Shown in pieces: positions 28,575 through 37,397 of a stretch of DNA of 64,000 nt. The notes beneath the pieces are model-generated. The model did not search any database, had not been told where the DNA came from, and saw only the letters and a list, made by a program, of their open reading frames with translations. Numbering within the stretch: the first letter of the stretch is position 1; every line of letters starts with the position of its first letter. Made by a program: the position numbers and the translations under genes. The stretch comes from Spirochaetota bacterium (lineage in GTDB: Bacteria; Spirochaetota; JAHITG01; JAFGFC01). The DNA lies in contig JAFGFC010000110.1 in the NCBI GenBank assembly GCA_016931325.1, positions 13,710-77,709 on the forward strand. The letters run 5' to 3'.

Positions 28575-29393
28575 TTAATAGAAATAAATAGGATCGGTAT
28601 TAATATGAGAACATTCAAAAAGGATCTTTGAATCCAGAAAGATCTTTTTTAAATTTTGTTCCAGCAGGAATAACAGAACCTTTTCCGTATGATAATGCCC
28701 GGCATCGATCAGAGCGATGTTCATCTGTTCAGCCAGGGTGGCTGTGTGATATTTAATATCTGAAGTCAGCAGAACATCGATATGTTTATTGACGAGATCT
28801 TTTGTGATCAAGGATCCCCCTGACCCACCGCAGCTGCCAATTACTTTTACCTGTCGATCAAGTTCTCCAACATACCTGAGGTGCTTGATCTTTAATTTAT
28901 CTTTGATGATTTCCATCACTTTTTTAAGTGCCAGAGGGGTCTCCAATTGGCCATAACTGCCCAGCCCGATATCAGGATTATGTAAATCTCTTTCGATCGG
29001 TTTGATTTTTTTCAGAGGAAAGATATCCGACAGAGCATGAAAATAGATCTTATCCAAATTCGTGTGCAATGCGATCAGAGCGATATTGGTCCGCAAGAGT
29101 TCTTTGATGGCATACGCGGTGTAATCTTCAAACGCCCGAAGATTGTGAAAAGGCCTGAAGATAAGGGGATGATGGGTTATGATAACATTAAAATTATTTT
29201 TTGAGGCGTATTCTATAATGCCGTGAGATACATCCAGGGTCAAGAGAACCCTTTTCACAATGACATTGTCATTGGCTATTTGTATTCCTACGTTATCCCA
29301 TTTTTCCGCAAGGCAATAAGGAAATTTCTTTTCTAATTTTTCTGCGAATTGTACGAGACTATAATTTTTCAAACTAATATCCTTGGTACGCAC
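28575..29393 (-). CDS. Nif3-family dinuclear-metal protein (GTP cyclohydrolase 1 type 2 homologue)
   Basis: WDNVGIQIAN, VIITHHPLIF, ALHTNLD and DAGHYHTE motifs. GTG start at 29393. Confidence 0.88.
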   Translation of the reverse strand: MRTKDISLKNYSLVQFAEKLEKKFPYCLAEKWDNVGIQIANDNVIVKRVLLTLDVSHGIIEYASKNNFNVIITHHPLIFRPFHNLRAFEDYTAYAIKELLRTNIALIALHTNLDKIYFHALSDIFPLKKIKPIERDLHNPDIGLGSYGQLETPLALKKVMEIIKDKLKIKHLRYVGELDRQVKVIGSCGGSGGSLITKDLVNKHIDVLLTSDIKYHTATLAEQMNIALIDAGHYHTEKVLLFLLEQNLKKIFLDSKILFECSHINTDPIYFY

Positions 29394-29414
29394 ACCATTT
29401 TATAAAAACATGTC

Positions 29415-29488
29415 TGGGCCCGCCAGGACTCGAACCTGGGACCCGTTGATTATGAGTCAACTGCTCTAACCAGCTGAGCTACGGGCCC
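29415..29488 (-). tRNA. tRNA with CAU anticodon (elongator Met or lysidine-type Ile2)
   Basis: The reverse complement GGGCCCGTAGCTCAGCTGGTTAGAGCAGTTGACTCATAATCAACGGGTCCCAGGTTCGAGTCCTGGCGGGCCCA folds as a cloverleaf. The anticodon loop is CTCATAA. No CCA is encoded. Confidence 0.9.
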
Positions 29489-29526
29489 TGTCTCTTTTAC
29501 TATCATATAAAGTCCTTCGCGTTATT

Positions 29527-29555
29527 TATATAACATTTTTTTGCTTTGGAGTCAA
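29527..29555 (-). promoter_or_regulatory. Candidate sigma-70 promoter for tRNA(CAU)-NIF3 transcription
   Basis: Minus strand reads TTGACT (29555-50), a 17-nt spacer, then TATATA (29532-27), about 40 nt upstream of the tRNA 5' end. Confidence 0.4.
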
Positions 29556-29636
29556 GTAATTTTTAGTAAAATTTCATATTTTATGGCTTAATAAGATCCC
29601 GTGAAGAGAACAAATAGGAATTCCTATGCTCCAGGC

Positions 29637-29894
29637 TCAAAACAGGGGTTTTATATCATAGTCTTTTTGGGAATCAGGACCATCATTTTTATTGTTCTCT
29701 GATTCCCGCTTAAGAATGACCTCTATTTTTTGCTCTGCTTCCTCAAGCTTTTTCTTGCAGAACTTGGACAGTTTTATCCCTTCTTCAAAAAGCTCGATTG
29801 ATTTATCCAGGTCAAAATTATCAGACTCAAGTTTAGAGACAATATCTTCCAGCCGTTTCATGGCCTGTTCAAATCCCGGTTCTTTTTTATTCAT
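29637..29894 (-). CDS. xseB: Exodeoxyribonuclease VII small subunit
   Basis: FEQAMKRLEDIVSKLESDNFDLDKSIELFEEGIKLSKFCKKKLEEAEQKIEVI. Confidence 0.9.
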   Translation of the reverse strand: MNKKEPGFEQAMKRLEDIVSKLESDNFDLDKSIELFEEGIKLSKFCKKKLEEAEQKIEVILKRESENNKNDGPDSQKDYDIKPLF

Positions 29895-29901
29895 AAAAAG
29901 A

Positions 29902-29929
29902 AAGATAGAGCTTTAAATTGGAATGTCAA
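29902..29929 (-). promoter_or_regulatory. Candidate promoter abutting the xseB start
   Basis: Minus strand reads TTGACA (29929-24), a 16-nt spacer, then TATCTT (29907-02). Only 7 nt (TCTTTTT, no SD) follow before ATG 29894. Confidence 0.3.
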
Positions 29930-29965
29930 CTTCAAGCCTCGTGGCAGGACAAGGCAGCGAGATAT

Positions 29966-30811
29966 TTAACCGGAAAGATAATCCTTTAAAAAAGAGAATT
30001 TTTTTCTGATTTTTTCAAGGGCTTTCATTTCGATCTGGCGGATGGATTCCGGTGAAAGGCCGATGATTTCCCCGGTCTGCTTTAAACTGTAAATTTTACC
30101 GTCATGGAAACCAAATCTATATTTAATAATTTCAGCTTCTCTTTCCATAAGGGTTTTTAAAACCTGGCTTGTTTCCTCTTTTAACAGATTCCTTATAGCA
30201 ATGGTTTCAGGATGATATTCCTCATTTACATAACCTGACATTAAAGACGGCTGAAAATTTTGCTTAATAGCCTCATTCAGGGAGATACAGGGAGCGAGGC
30301 AACCTAACAGCTCTTCCACTTTCTTCTTTTCAAGACCTGATTCAGATGATATTTCTTCTACGGTCGGGTATCGGTTCAGGGATTTCATGAGATGATTTAA
30401 TCCTTTCTTAATGCGGATCAGCATTTCGCCTTTTCTCAAGGGAAGTTTTATGCTTTTCTGATGCTTGATCAGAAATCGGAAAATGGATTGCTTGATCCAG
30501 GCCGAGGCATAGGTGGAGAATTTTACATGTCTTTTATAATTGAATTTATCGACGGCGATGATCAACCCTACATTCCCTTCCTGAATAAGGTCCATAATAT
30601 TAACACCAGGAATTAAGAAATGCATGGCAATTTTAATAACGAGTTTAAGATTGCATTCGATAAGTCTTTTTCGGGCTATTTGGTCACCCCGTGACACCTT
30701 CCTGGCGACCTTGTACTCTTCTTCGGGGGATAAAGGGGGATTTGATTTAAGGATATTGGTTATATAATATTTGTAATTATCTTCCCTTAACTCATACCTG
30801 GCTTTTTTCAT
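29966..30811 (-). CDS. Sigma-70 family RNA polymerase sigma factor (RpoD/RpoS-like, no region 1.1)
   Basis: Region 2 is LIQEGNVGLIIAVDKFNYKRHVKFSTYASAWIKQSI. Region 4 is SLKQTGEIIGLSPESIRQIEMKALEKIR. AAGGAGGT SD lies 8 nt upstream. Confidence 0.9.
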   Translation of the reverse strand: MKKARYELREDNYKYYITNILKSNPPLSPEEEYKVARKVSRGDQIARKRLIECNLKLVIKIAMHFLIPGVNIMDLIQEGNVGLIIAVDKFNYKRHVKFSTYASAWIKQSIFRFLIKHQKSIKLPLRKGEMLIRIKKGLNHLMKSLNRYPTVEEISSESGLEKKKVEELLGCLAPCISLNEAIKQNFQPSLMSGYVNEEYHPETIAIRNLLKEETSQVLKTLMEREAEIIKYRFGFHDGKIYSLKQTGEIIGLSPESIRQIEMKALEKIRKKFSFLKDYLSG

Positions 30812-31044
30812 AAGAATTACCTCCTTGCCTTCATCTGTATATTACTGCAATTAATATGCCATATTGTCCCGCGGGTTTTATGATTATTATTATTGATATA
30901 TATACAATAATAAAATAACGATAAAAATGATGCTCCATGGCAAAGGCTCTATAATGCTTTTATTACTCTCATCATGTATAATATTTACTCAAAGGATAAT
31001 AAATGCAATAATTTGCATTTTATCATCCGGAGGGTAAAAATTTC

Positions 31045-31072
31045 TTGAAAACGAAGACCTGACCGTTATATT
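31045..31072 (+). promoter_or_regulatory. Candidate sigma-70 promoter for the amidohydrolase-rnf transcription unit
   Basis: TTGAAA (31045-50), a 16-nt spacer, then TATATT (31067-72), 23 nt before ATG 31096. Confidence 0.35.
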
Positions 31073-31095
31073 AGGAAGAACGTGAGTGATAAAAA

Positions 31096-32403
31096 ATGGC
31101 CAGACTATTATTAAAAGATGGATTTGTGGTTTTTCCCGATAAAATACGCAAAGTTGATCTATTACTGAAGGATAAAAAAATCGAGTCCATCAAACCTTCC
31201 CTTGATCGGAATCAAGCCAATATTATATCTGTCAGGGACCGGTATATCCTGCCGGGCGGGATCGATGTCCATACCCACATGGAGTTGAAGGTAAAAAATA
31301 ACATGGTCTGCTCGGACGATTTTTATACCGGGTCAAAGGCCGCTCTCAAAGGTGGCATAACAACTTTTTTTGGATTTGCTTATCAGGATAAAAAAGAGAC
31401 CCTGCTCAAGGCTTACCGGCGTACTTATAAGAGCGCTTTAAAAAAAAGCCAGTGTTCTTTTCGCCTTCATGCCGGGATTTTAAACGTTGAGATGAATATT
31501 GAAAAGCAGATCGCCCAATGTATAACAAAGGGCGTAAGGACCTTTAAGGTCCATTTAAACGATCCTGATGTGGACAGCGGCTTTTTATTAAGAATATTTA
31601 AAATCATATCCCGATATAAAGGAATATTACTTGTACATTGCGAGGATGGAAAAATCGTTCAGCATAATACATCAGAGTATGTTCGTTCGAATAAGAAACA
31701 GATACGATTTTACCCCCAAACAAGGAAAAATTTTGTTGAAACGATATCTATTGATCTGGTCATTCAATTGGCCAGAGAGTTTGGCACGAGGATCTATATT
31801 GTTCATGTAACCACCCGTGAGGGGTTAATGTCGATTGAAAGAGCTAAAAAAGAAGAGTCCCTGTGGGTCGAGGCGGAGACAACACCCCATTACCTTTTAT
31901 TAAATGAATCATTATACAGAAAGGATCAGTCCTATCTCAATACCTGTACACCGCCTTTCAGAAGCACATCTGACAATAAAGCCCTCTGGGAAGGTTTGAA
32001 AAAAGGTATTATTAAGGTCGTCAGCACTGACCACTGCCCTTTTTTAAAGGAGCAGAAAGCCAGGGGTATGGATGACTTTACGAAATTACCCTATGGGATA
32101 GGCGGAATAGAAACCCTTTATCCTCTCATGCTGTCTGAGGGTACCAAGAGGGCTATGAATTATTCACAGATAAGCAATCTAATATCCTACAATCCTTCAA
32201 AGATATTTAATCTTTATCCGTTAAAAGGTGTTATCCGTCCCGGATCGATCGCTGATCTGGTGATTTATAATCCGAAACAGTCTTATCGACTGACTAAAAA
32301 CGATCTTGTTTCTCATTGTGACCATTCACCTTATGAAGGCTGGAAGATAAATGGTAAAATTGAAAAGGTGATATTTGAAGGAAGGATTATCAGTACCCAG
32401 TAA
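31096..32403 (+). CDS. Dihydropyrimidinase / D-hydantoinase-like cyclic amidohydrolase
   Basis: PGGIDVHTHME, DDFYTGSKAALKGGITT, RTFKVHLN (Lys to be carboxylated), VHCEDG and VVSTDHCPF. Confidence 0.8.
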   Translation: MARLLLKDGFVVFPDKIRKVDLLLKDKKIESIKPSLDRNQANIISVRDRYILPGGIDVHTHMELKVKNNMVCSDDFYTGSKAALKGGITTFFGFAYQDKKETLLKAYRRTYKSALKKSQCSFRLHAGILNVEMNIEKQIAQCITKGVRTFKVHLNDPDVDSGFLLRIFKIISRYKGILLVHCEDGKIVQHNTSEYVRSNKKQIRFYPQTRKNFVETISIDLVIQLAREFGTRIYIVHVTTREGLMSIERAKKEESLWVEAETTPHYLLLNESLYRKDQSYLNTCTPPFRSTSDNKALWEGLKKGIIKVVSTDHCPFLKEQKARGMDDFTKLPYGIGGIETLYPLMLSEGTKRAMNYSQISNLISYNPSKIFNLYPLKGVIRPGSIADLVIYNPKQSYRLTKNDLVSHCDHSPYEGWKINGKIEKVIFEGRIISTQ

Positions 32404-32483
32404 TTATGTTTTTTTAAAACTTGTACATAGTATTGAAAGAGCTTGACAAGCGTTTTAAAAATAATATTATAAACCTTTCAAAA

Positions 32484-33803
32484 ATGTGGTATTCAGGGCT
32501 TAAAATTAAAACATTTCGAACTGGCGGTGTGCATCCTCATGAATACAAGGGATTGACCGAAGAATGTTCGATCATCAATTTTCCCGTACCACAGAAAGTG
32601 ATCATTCCTTTATCCCAGCATATTGGTAAAACAGCAAAGGCCCTGGTAAAAAAAGGGGATATGGTTTCTGAATATCAGCTCATCGGCCAGAAAGACGGTA
32701 AGATATCGGCTAATGTGCATTCCAGTATCCCTGGAAAGGTTGTTGATGTCGTTATGGCCTGTATTTTGAATTATCAGGTTCTGTCTGTTGTTATCCAACT
32801 GGAAGGTGAGTTTAAAACCGGAAATCTCAAGAAAGATGAGTGGGAGCCCTTGAAAAAAGAAGAGATCCTGAAAAGGATTGAATCAGCCGGGATTGTGGGA
32901 ATGGGGGGAGCCGGGTTTCCGACTGATTTTAAATTATCTCCGCCTCCGGATAAGAAGATAGATACGCTTCTGGTTAACGGGGTAGAATGCGAGCCTTACC
33001 TCACTTCCGATTACAGGCTTATGATGGAAAAGACCGATGAGATCGTGGAAGGGATCAAGATAGTGAAAAAGGTACTGGGTGTTCGAACCGTTTTTTTAGG
33101 GATTGAACTGAATAAGAAAAAGGCCATAAAAAAATTCAAAGACAGGCTTACTTCGGAAAGTAATATCCATGTTGTTCCTCTGAAAGTAAAATATCCTCAG
33201 GGCGGGGAAAAACAGCTGATAAAAGCGATTTTGAAACGGCAGGTTCCCTCCGGCGGATTGCCTTTTGATGTAGGTGTTATCGTCAGCAATATCGCCACGG
33301 TTTATGCTGTTCGTGAAGCGGTTCTCTTTCAGAAACCTCTGACAGAGAGAGTCGTTACAGTCGCAGGGACGATCGTTGAAAAATGCGGGAATTATAAAAT
33401 AAGGGTCGGGACAACGGTCAGTGAGGTGATCAAGGAGGTTGGGATCCATGGCCCTATTGGCAAGGTTATTATGGGAGGCCCTATGATGGGAATCAACGTA
33501 TCAACTGTTGAAGCTCCTGTTATGAAAGGTACTTCAGGCATACTTTTTTTTAGTGAAAAAGAGGCGCGGAGTATAGATTATTCCTTTTATAAACCCTGTA
33601 TCCATTGTTCCAAATGTCTTGAGGCGTGTCCTGTTAATTTAAATCCCAGTATGCTTTCCATCCTGGGTGAGATGGAGAAATGGGAGGATATGAAAGGGTA
33701 TCATCTTCAGGATTGCATCGAGTGCGGATGTTGCAGTTTTGTCTGTCCGTCCAGGCGTCCTATTGTGGGATGGGTAAAGGCCGGAAAAGCTCTTTCGGCT
33801 TAA
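32484..33803 (+). CDS. rnfC: Rnf complex subunit C
   Basis: Start chosen at MWYSGLKIKTFRTGGVHPHEYK; the tracked TTG at 32421 is probably over-extended. GMGGAGFPT. Two 4Fe-4S motifs, CIHCSKCLEACP and CIECGCCSFVCP. Confidence 0.9.
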   Translation: MWYSGLKIKTFRTGGVHPHEYKGLTEECSIINFPVPQKVIIPLSQHIGKTAKALVKKGDMVSEYQLIGQKDGKISANVHSSIPGKVVDVVMACILNYQVLSVVIQLEGEFKTGNLKKDEWEPLKKEEILKRIESAGIVGMGGAGFPTDFKLSPPPDKKIDTLLVNGVECEPYLTSDYRLMMEKTDEIVEGIKIVKKVLGVRTVFLGIELNKKKAIKKFKDRLTSESNIHVVPLKVKYPQGGEKQLIKAILKRQVPSGGLPFDVGVIVSNIATVYAVREAVLFQKPLTERVVTVAGTIVEKCGNYKIRVGTTVSEVIKEVGIHGPIGKVIMGGPMMGINVSTVEAPVMKGTSGILFFSEKEARSIDYSFYKPCIHCSKCLEACPVNLNPSMLSILGEMEKWEDMKGYHLQDCIECGCCSFVCPSRRPIVGWVKAGKALSA

Positions 33804-33811
33804 GGAGAAAT

Positions 33812-34792
33812 ATGTATCGTTTAAGTGTATCACCACATATTCACTCAAAGGCGAGTGTTTCCAGGATCATGTGGACTTTTATAGTGGCCCTGATGCCGGC
33901 TATGGCAGCCTCGATCTGGTTTTTTGGGCCCAGAGCCCTGTATCTTGAAATTATATCTGTGGCCACAGCGGTCATAACGGAATTATTAACAGGATTGTTA
34001 TTAAAAAAAAGGATCACCCTCTCAGATGGGTCTGCCGTTATCACAGGGCTTTTAGTGGCTTTTAATATGCCTGTTTCTGTTCCTTATTATGTTCCGATTG
34101 TTGGTTCATTTTTTGGAATTGCGATTGTCAAACAGTTATTTGGCGGTCTGGGATATAATATTTTCAATCCGGCACTGGCCGCCAGGGTCTTTGTTATGTT
34201 TGCCTGGTTGCCGGAAATGACCACCTGGAATGCTCCTCTGACAACCAGCGGTTTTTCAAAATTGGCCGGGTTTAATTTTTCCATCGATACAATAACAACT
34301 GCCACACCCCTGGCCATTGCCAAGATGAAAGGTATGGCTGGATTGTTAACCGAGTTCGGATCAAAAATGGGCATGTATAAAGATCTGTTTTTAGGGAAAT
34401 GCCCGGGATGTATTGGTGAAACATCAGCCCTGGCTCTTCTTTTAGGGGCCGGATTATTGTTATTAACAAAGATCATAAGATGGCCGATCCCTTTATCCTA
34501 TCTGGCGACAGTAGTCTTGATCTGCCTTCTATCCGGAAATGACCCCATATTTCATCTGTTATCAGGCGGACTAATATTAGGGGCTTTTTTTATGGCCACT
34601 GATTATGTAACCAGTCCGATGACCCCAAAAGGTATGATCCTCTTTGGTGTGGGGTGTGGACTTGTTACTATGGTTTTAAGGTTAAAAGGAGGTCTGCCGG
34701 AAGGGGTCTCGTTCTCGATTCTTTTTATGAATGCCCTGGCTCCTCTCATTGACCGATATTTTAAAAATCCCGTTCTAGGGGTAAAAACATGA
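33812..34792 (+). CDS. rnfD: Rnf complex subunit D
   Basis: MYRLSVSPHIHSKASVSRIMWTFIVALMPA is a typical RnfD/NqrB start. It is a polytopic membrane protein with ITTATPLA at the expected flavinylation region. The tracked ORF start (33680) overlaps rnfC and is rejected. Confidence 0.9.
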   Translation: MYRLSVSPHIHSKASVSRIMWTFIVALMPAMAASIWFFGPRALYLEIISVATAVITELLTGLLLKKRITLSDGSAVITGLLVAFNMPVSVPYYVPIVGSFFGIAIVKQLFGGLGYNIFNPALAARVFVMFAWLPEMTTWNAPLTTSGFSKLAGFNFSIDTITTATPLAIAKMKGMAGLLTEFGSKMGMYKDLFLGKCPGCIGETSALALLLGAGLLLLTKIIRWPIPLSYLATVVLICLLSGNDPIFHLLSGGLILGAFFMATDYVTSPMTPKGMILFGVGCGLVTMVLRLKGGLPEGVSFSILFMNALAPLIDRYFKNPVLGVKT

Positions 34793-35391
34793 AGATACAG
34801 GAATTAAGCAAAGGTTTATTTAAAGAGAACCCTATTCTTGTTCTCATGCTTGGTTTATGTCCGACTCTGGCTGTTTCTACAAAAGCCATATATGGCATCG
34901 GTATGGGCGCCGCTGTTATTTTTGTATTAACCTGTTCCAATGTGATCATTTCTCTTATCAAGGATTTTATTCCTGACAAAATAAGGATTCCCAGTTATAT
35001 CGTGGTGATCGCCACTTTTGTAACAATCGTGGATTATGTTATGAAAGCTTACACACCGGAGCTTCATAAATCCCTGGGCATTTTTATCCCTCTCATTGTC
35101 GTCAACTGTATCATACTCGGCAGAGCAGAGGCCTTTGCTGCGAAAAAAAATGTGCTTGACTCTTTTTTCGATGGTATTGGTATGGGATTGGGATTTACCC
35201 TGGCCCTTACCCTGATCGCTGTTATAAGGGAGATTCTTGGAGCCGGAACTATCACCTTGAAGCTTTTAGGTTATGGCTGGATCGTTGAAATACCTCATTT
35301 AAATCCCATGATTGTTATGATCCTGCCACCGGGAGCTTTTATCACGATCGGTTTAATACTGGGATTTTCTAATATTCTGAAAAAGCGATAA
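34789..35391 (+). CDS. rnfE: Rnf complex subunit E
   Basis: NPILVLMLGLCPTLAVST...LGIFIPLIVVNCIILGRAEAFA. ATGA overlap with rnfD. Confidence 0.9.
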   Translation: MKIQELSKGLFKENPILVLMLGLCPTLAVSTKAIYGIGMGAAVIFVLTCSNVIISLIKDFIPDKIRIPSYIVVIATFVTIVDYVMKAYTPELHKSLGIFIPLIVVNCIILGRAEAFAAKKNVLDSFFDGIGMGLGFTLALTLIAVIREILGAGTITLKLLGYGWIVEIPHLNPMIVMILPPGAFITIGLILGFSNILKKR

Positions 35392-35437
35392 GAATTAAAA
35401 GAATACAAGGAGTTTTGAAAAGGACTTTGGAGTTTTC

Positions 35438-36019
35438 ATGGAGCATTATTTGATTATCATTGTCAGCGCGGCTTTTATCAATAATTTTGTTCTCTCCCGT
35501 TTCCTTGGACTATGTCCTTTTATCGGGGTATCGAAAAGGCTGGACTCGGCGCTGGGTATGGGAATGGCGGTTATCTTTGTTTTAACCTTTGCTTCTGTGA
35601 TCACCTATATGATCCACCGTTTCCTCCTTCTTCCTTATCATTTGGAATTTTTAAAGACCATTTCTTTTATTTTGGTTATTGCCACGCTGGTGCAGTTCGT
35701 TGAAATGGTGATCCATAAGACGGCACCGACCCTTTACGAGTCTTTAGGTATTTATTTGCCTCTCATTACCACCAATTGTGCTGTACTGGGAGCGGCTCTT
35801 TTGAATATTAATGAGAATTATAACCTTCTGGAAAGCGCTCTTAATGGCTTTGGGGCCGGTGTAGGGTTCACTGTCGCTTTAATACTGATGGCCAGTATAA
35901 GGGAAAAACTCGAACTGGCCAGAGTTCCCCGGAGTTTCAAGGGGGCTCCTATCACCTTTATTATTGCCGGGATCCTTTCCTTAATATTTTTATGTTTTAA
36001 AGGAATTATTGCGGAGTAA
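35438..36019 (+). CDS. rnfA: Rnf complex subunit A
   Basis: AAFINNFVLSRFLGLCPFIGVS...LGIYLPLITTNCAVLGAAL. Confidence 0.9.
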   Translation: MEHYLIIIVSAAFINNFVLSRFLGLCPFIGVSKRLDSALGMGMAVIFVLTFASVITYMIHRFLLLPYHLEFLKTISFILVIATLVQFVEMVIHKTAPTLYESLGIYLPLITTNCAVLGAALLNINENYNLLESALNGFGAGVGFTVALILMASIREKLELARVPRSFKGAPITFIIAGILSLIFLCFKGIIAE

Positions 36020-36085
36020 AATATCAAGTAATATTTTAAAGCGCAGAGTGAGTACAAAGTGCAAAGTAATTTTTCGGAGTAATAA

Positions 36086-36916
36086 ATGACATTATTGATC
36101 ATTATATCAGCCGCCAGTATCGGAGGATTGGGTCTTTTCTTTGGTATTATTTTGGGAATAGCGGCGAAGTTTTTTAAAACTGACATGGATTCAAGGATCA
36201 AAGATATCGAAGAGATCCTGCCGGGCATAAACTGCGGAGCCTGCGGTTTCCCAGGATGCTCGGGTTATGCCAAAGCCCTGGTGAAACAGGATGTGGATAT
36301 ATCACTGTGTATTCCGGGAGCCAGCCAGGTACAGGCCAGGATCGCTGCGATCATGGGCAAAGAGACAAAAGATAAAGAGAGTCTGATCGCCAAGGTAAGG
36401 TGTGTAGGGGATAAAGATACCGTTGCCAGAACAGGGTATTATCTGGGTGTAAAAAGCTGTTCGCTGGCACAGATCACTGTCGGTGGTGATAAAGCCTGTG
36501 CTTATGGATGCCTGGGTTATGGGGATTGTGCGGCGGTCTGTCCTTTTGATGCTATTCACATGGGTAAGGACAAACTTCCTCATGTTGACGAAAAGAAATG
36601 CACAGGCTGTGGGCTTTGCGTCAAAGCCTGTCCAAGAAATATTATAGAGATGGTCAATAAAAGAGATTATTTCTTTATTAAATGTGTTTCAAAGGATTTT
36701 GGCCCTGCCGTTTCTAAAGTATGCAAAAAAGGATGCATTGGTTGTGGCATCTGCGCTCGTGTGAACAATAATGAGGGGATCAGAATGGAGAATAATCTTC
36801 CGGTTGTTGATCATAAAGAATTTAAAGGGGATGTAACCGGGGCGCAAAAGTGTCCCACCAGGGTGATAGAGTTTTTAAAAGAGAAGTGGGAGGAAAAAAA
36901 GCATGAAAAAGATTAA
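36086..36916 (+). CDS. rnfB: Rnf complex subunit B (N-terminal anchor plus polyferredoxin)
   Basis: TM helix, [13 protein letters not shown], then several CxxCxxCxxxCP motifs ([22 protein letters not shown]). Confidence 0.88.
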   Translation: MTLLIIISAASIGGLGLFFGIILGIAAKFFKTDMDSRIKDIEEILPGINCGACGFPGCSGYAKALVKQDVDISLCIPGASQVQARIAAIMGKETKDKESLIAKVRCVGDKDTVARTGYYLGVKSCSLAQITVGGDKACAYGCLGYGDCAAVCPFDAIHMGKDKLPHVDEKKCTGCGLCVKACPRNIIEMVNKRDYFFIKCVSKDFGPAVSKVCKKGCIGCGICARVNNNEGIRMENNLPVVDHKEFKGDVTGAQKCPTRVIEFLKEKWEEKKHEKD

Positions 36917-37397
36917 AGGGAAGGTATGGAAATTCGGTGAAAACATCAATACCGATGAGATTATCCCGGCCCGCTATTTAAACACAGATGACCCGAAGGA
37001 ACTCGCCAGCCATTGTATGGAGGATGCTGATCCGGAATTCATAAAAAAATACAGCCAGGGGGATATTATAGTGGCCGGTAAAAATTTTGGTTCCGGGTCC
37101 TCCCGCGAGCATGCTCCTTTAAGTATAAAAGCCGCTGGTATTGCTTCTGTTGTGGCTGACTCCTTTGCCAGAATTTTTTACCGCAACGCGATCAATATAG
37201 GGCTCCCTATTTTATCCATAGCAGGGATATCAGAAAAGGTGGACCAGGGAGATGAGTTGGAGATCGATTTTGCTAATGGAGAAGTGAAAAATATAACCAA
37301 AAACCAAACTTATAAAGCTGATCCCTTTCCTGAATTTATGCAACAGATCATTAATTCCGGCGGTTTGATGAGCTATATTATGCAGGAGGGTCAATAG
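36903..37397 (+). CDS. leuD: Aconitase-family swivel-domain small subunit (3-isopropylmalate / homoaconitate dehydratase small subunit type)
   Basis: [21 protein letters not shown]...[44 protein letters not shown]. Overlaps the rnfB end by 14 nt. No large subunit is present in the window. Confidence 0.8.
   Translation: MKKIKGKVWKFGENINTDEIIPARYLNTDDPKELASHCMEDADPEFIKKYSQGDIIVAGKNFGSGSSREHAPLSIKAAGIASVVADSFARIFYRNAINIGLPILSIAGISEKVDQGDELEIDFANGEVKNITKNQTYKADPFPEFMQQIINSGGLMSYIMQEGQ

Noticed and set aside
29614-29627. Perfect 14-bp palindrome ATAGGAATTCCTAT just downstream of the xseB stop.
   Set aside because: It occurs once, has no loop (so it makes a poor hairpin), and contains a common restriction-type palindrome. 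I cannot support a function for it.
33680-33811. N-terminal extensions suggested by the ORF track: rnfD from 33680, rnfC from TTG 32421, hisD from 18322, the 938-aa gene from 39027, the TIM-barrel gene from 41789 and rpsA from 20752.
   Set aside because: Most of these extensions overlap the preceding well-supported gene in another frame and encode non-conserved sequence; the rnfC one instead runs into the spacer downstream of the amidohydrolase stop. Internal ATG codons sit at the point where family-typical N-termini begin, often in stop-start overlap (TAATG, ATGA) with the upstream gene.
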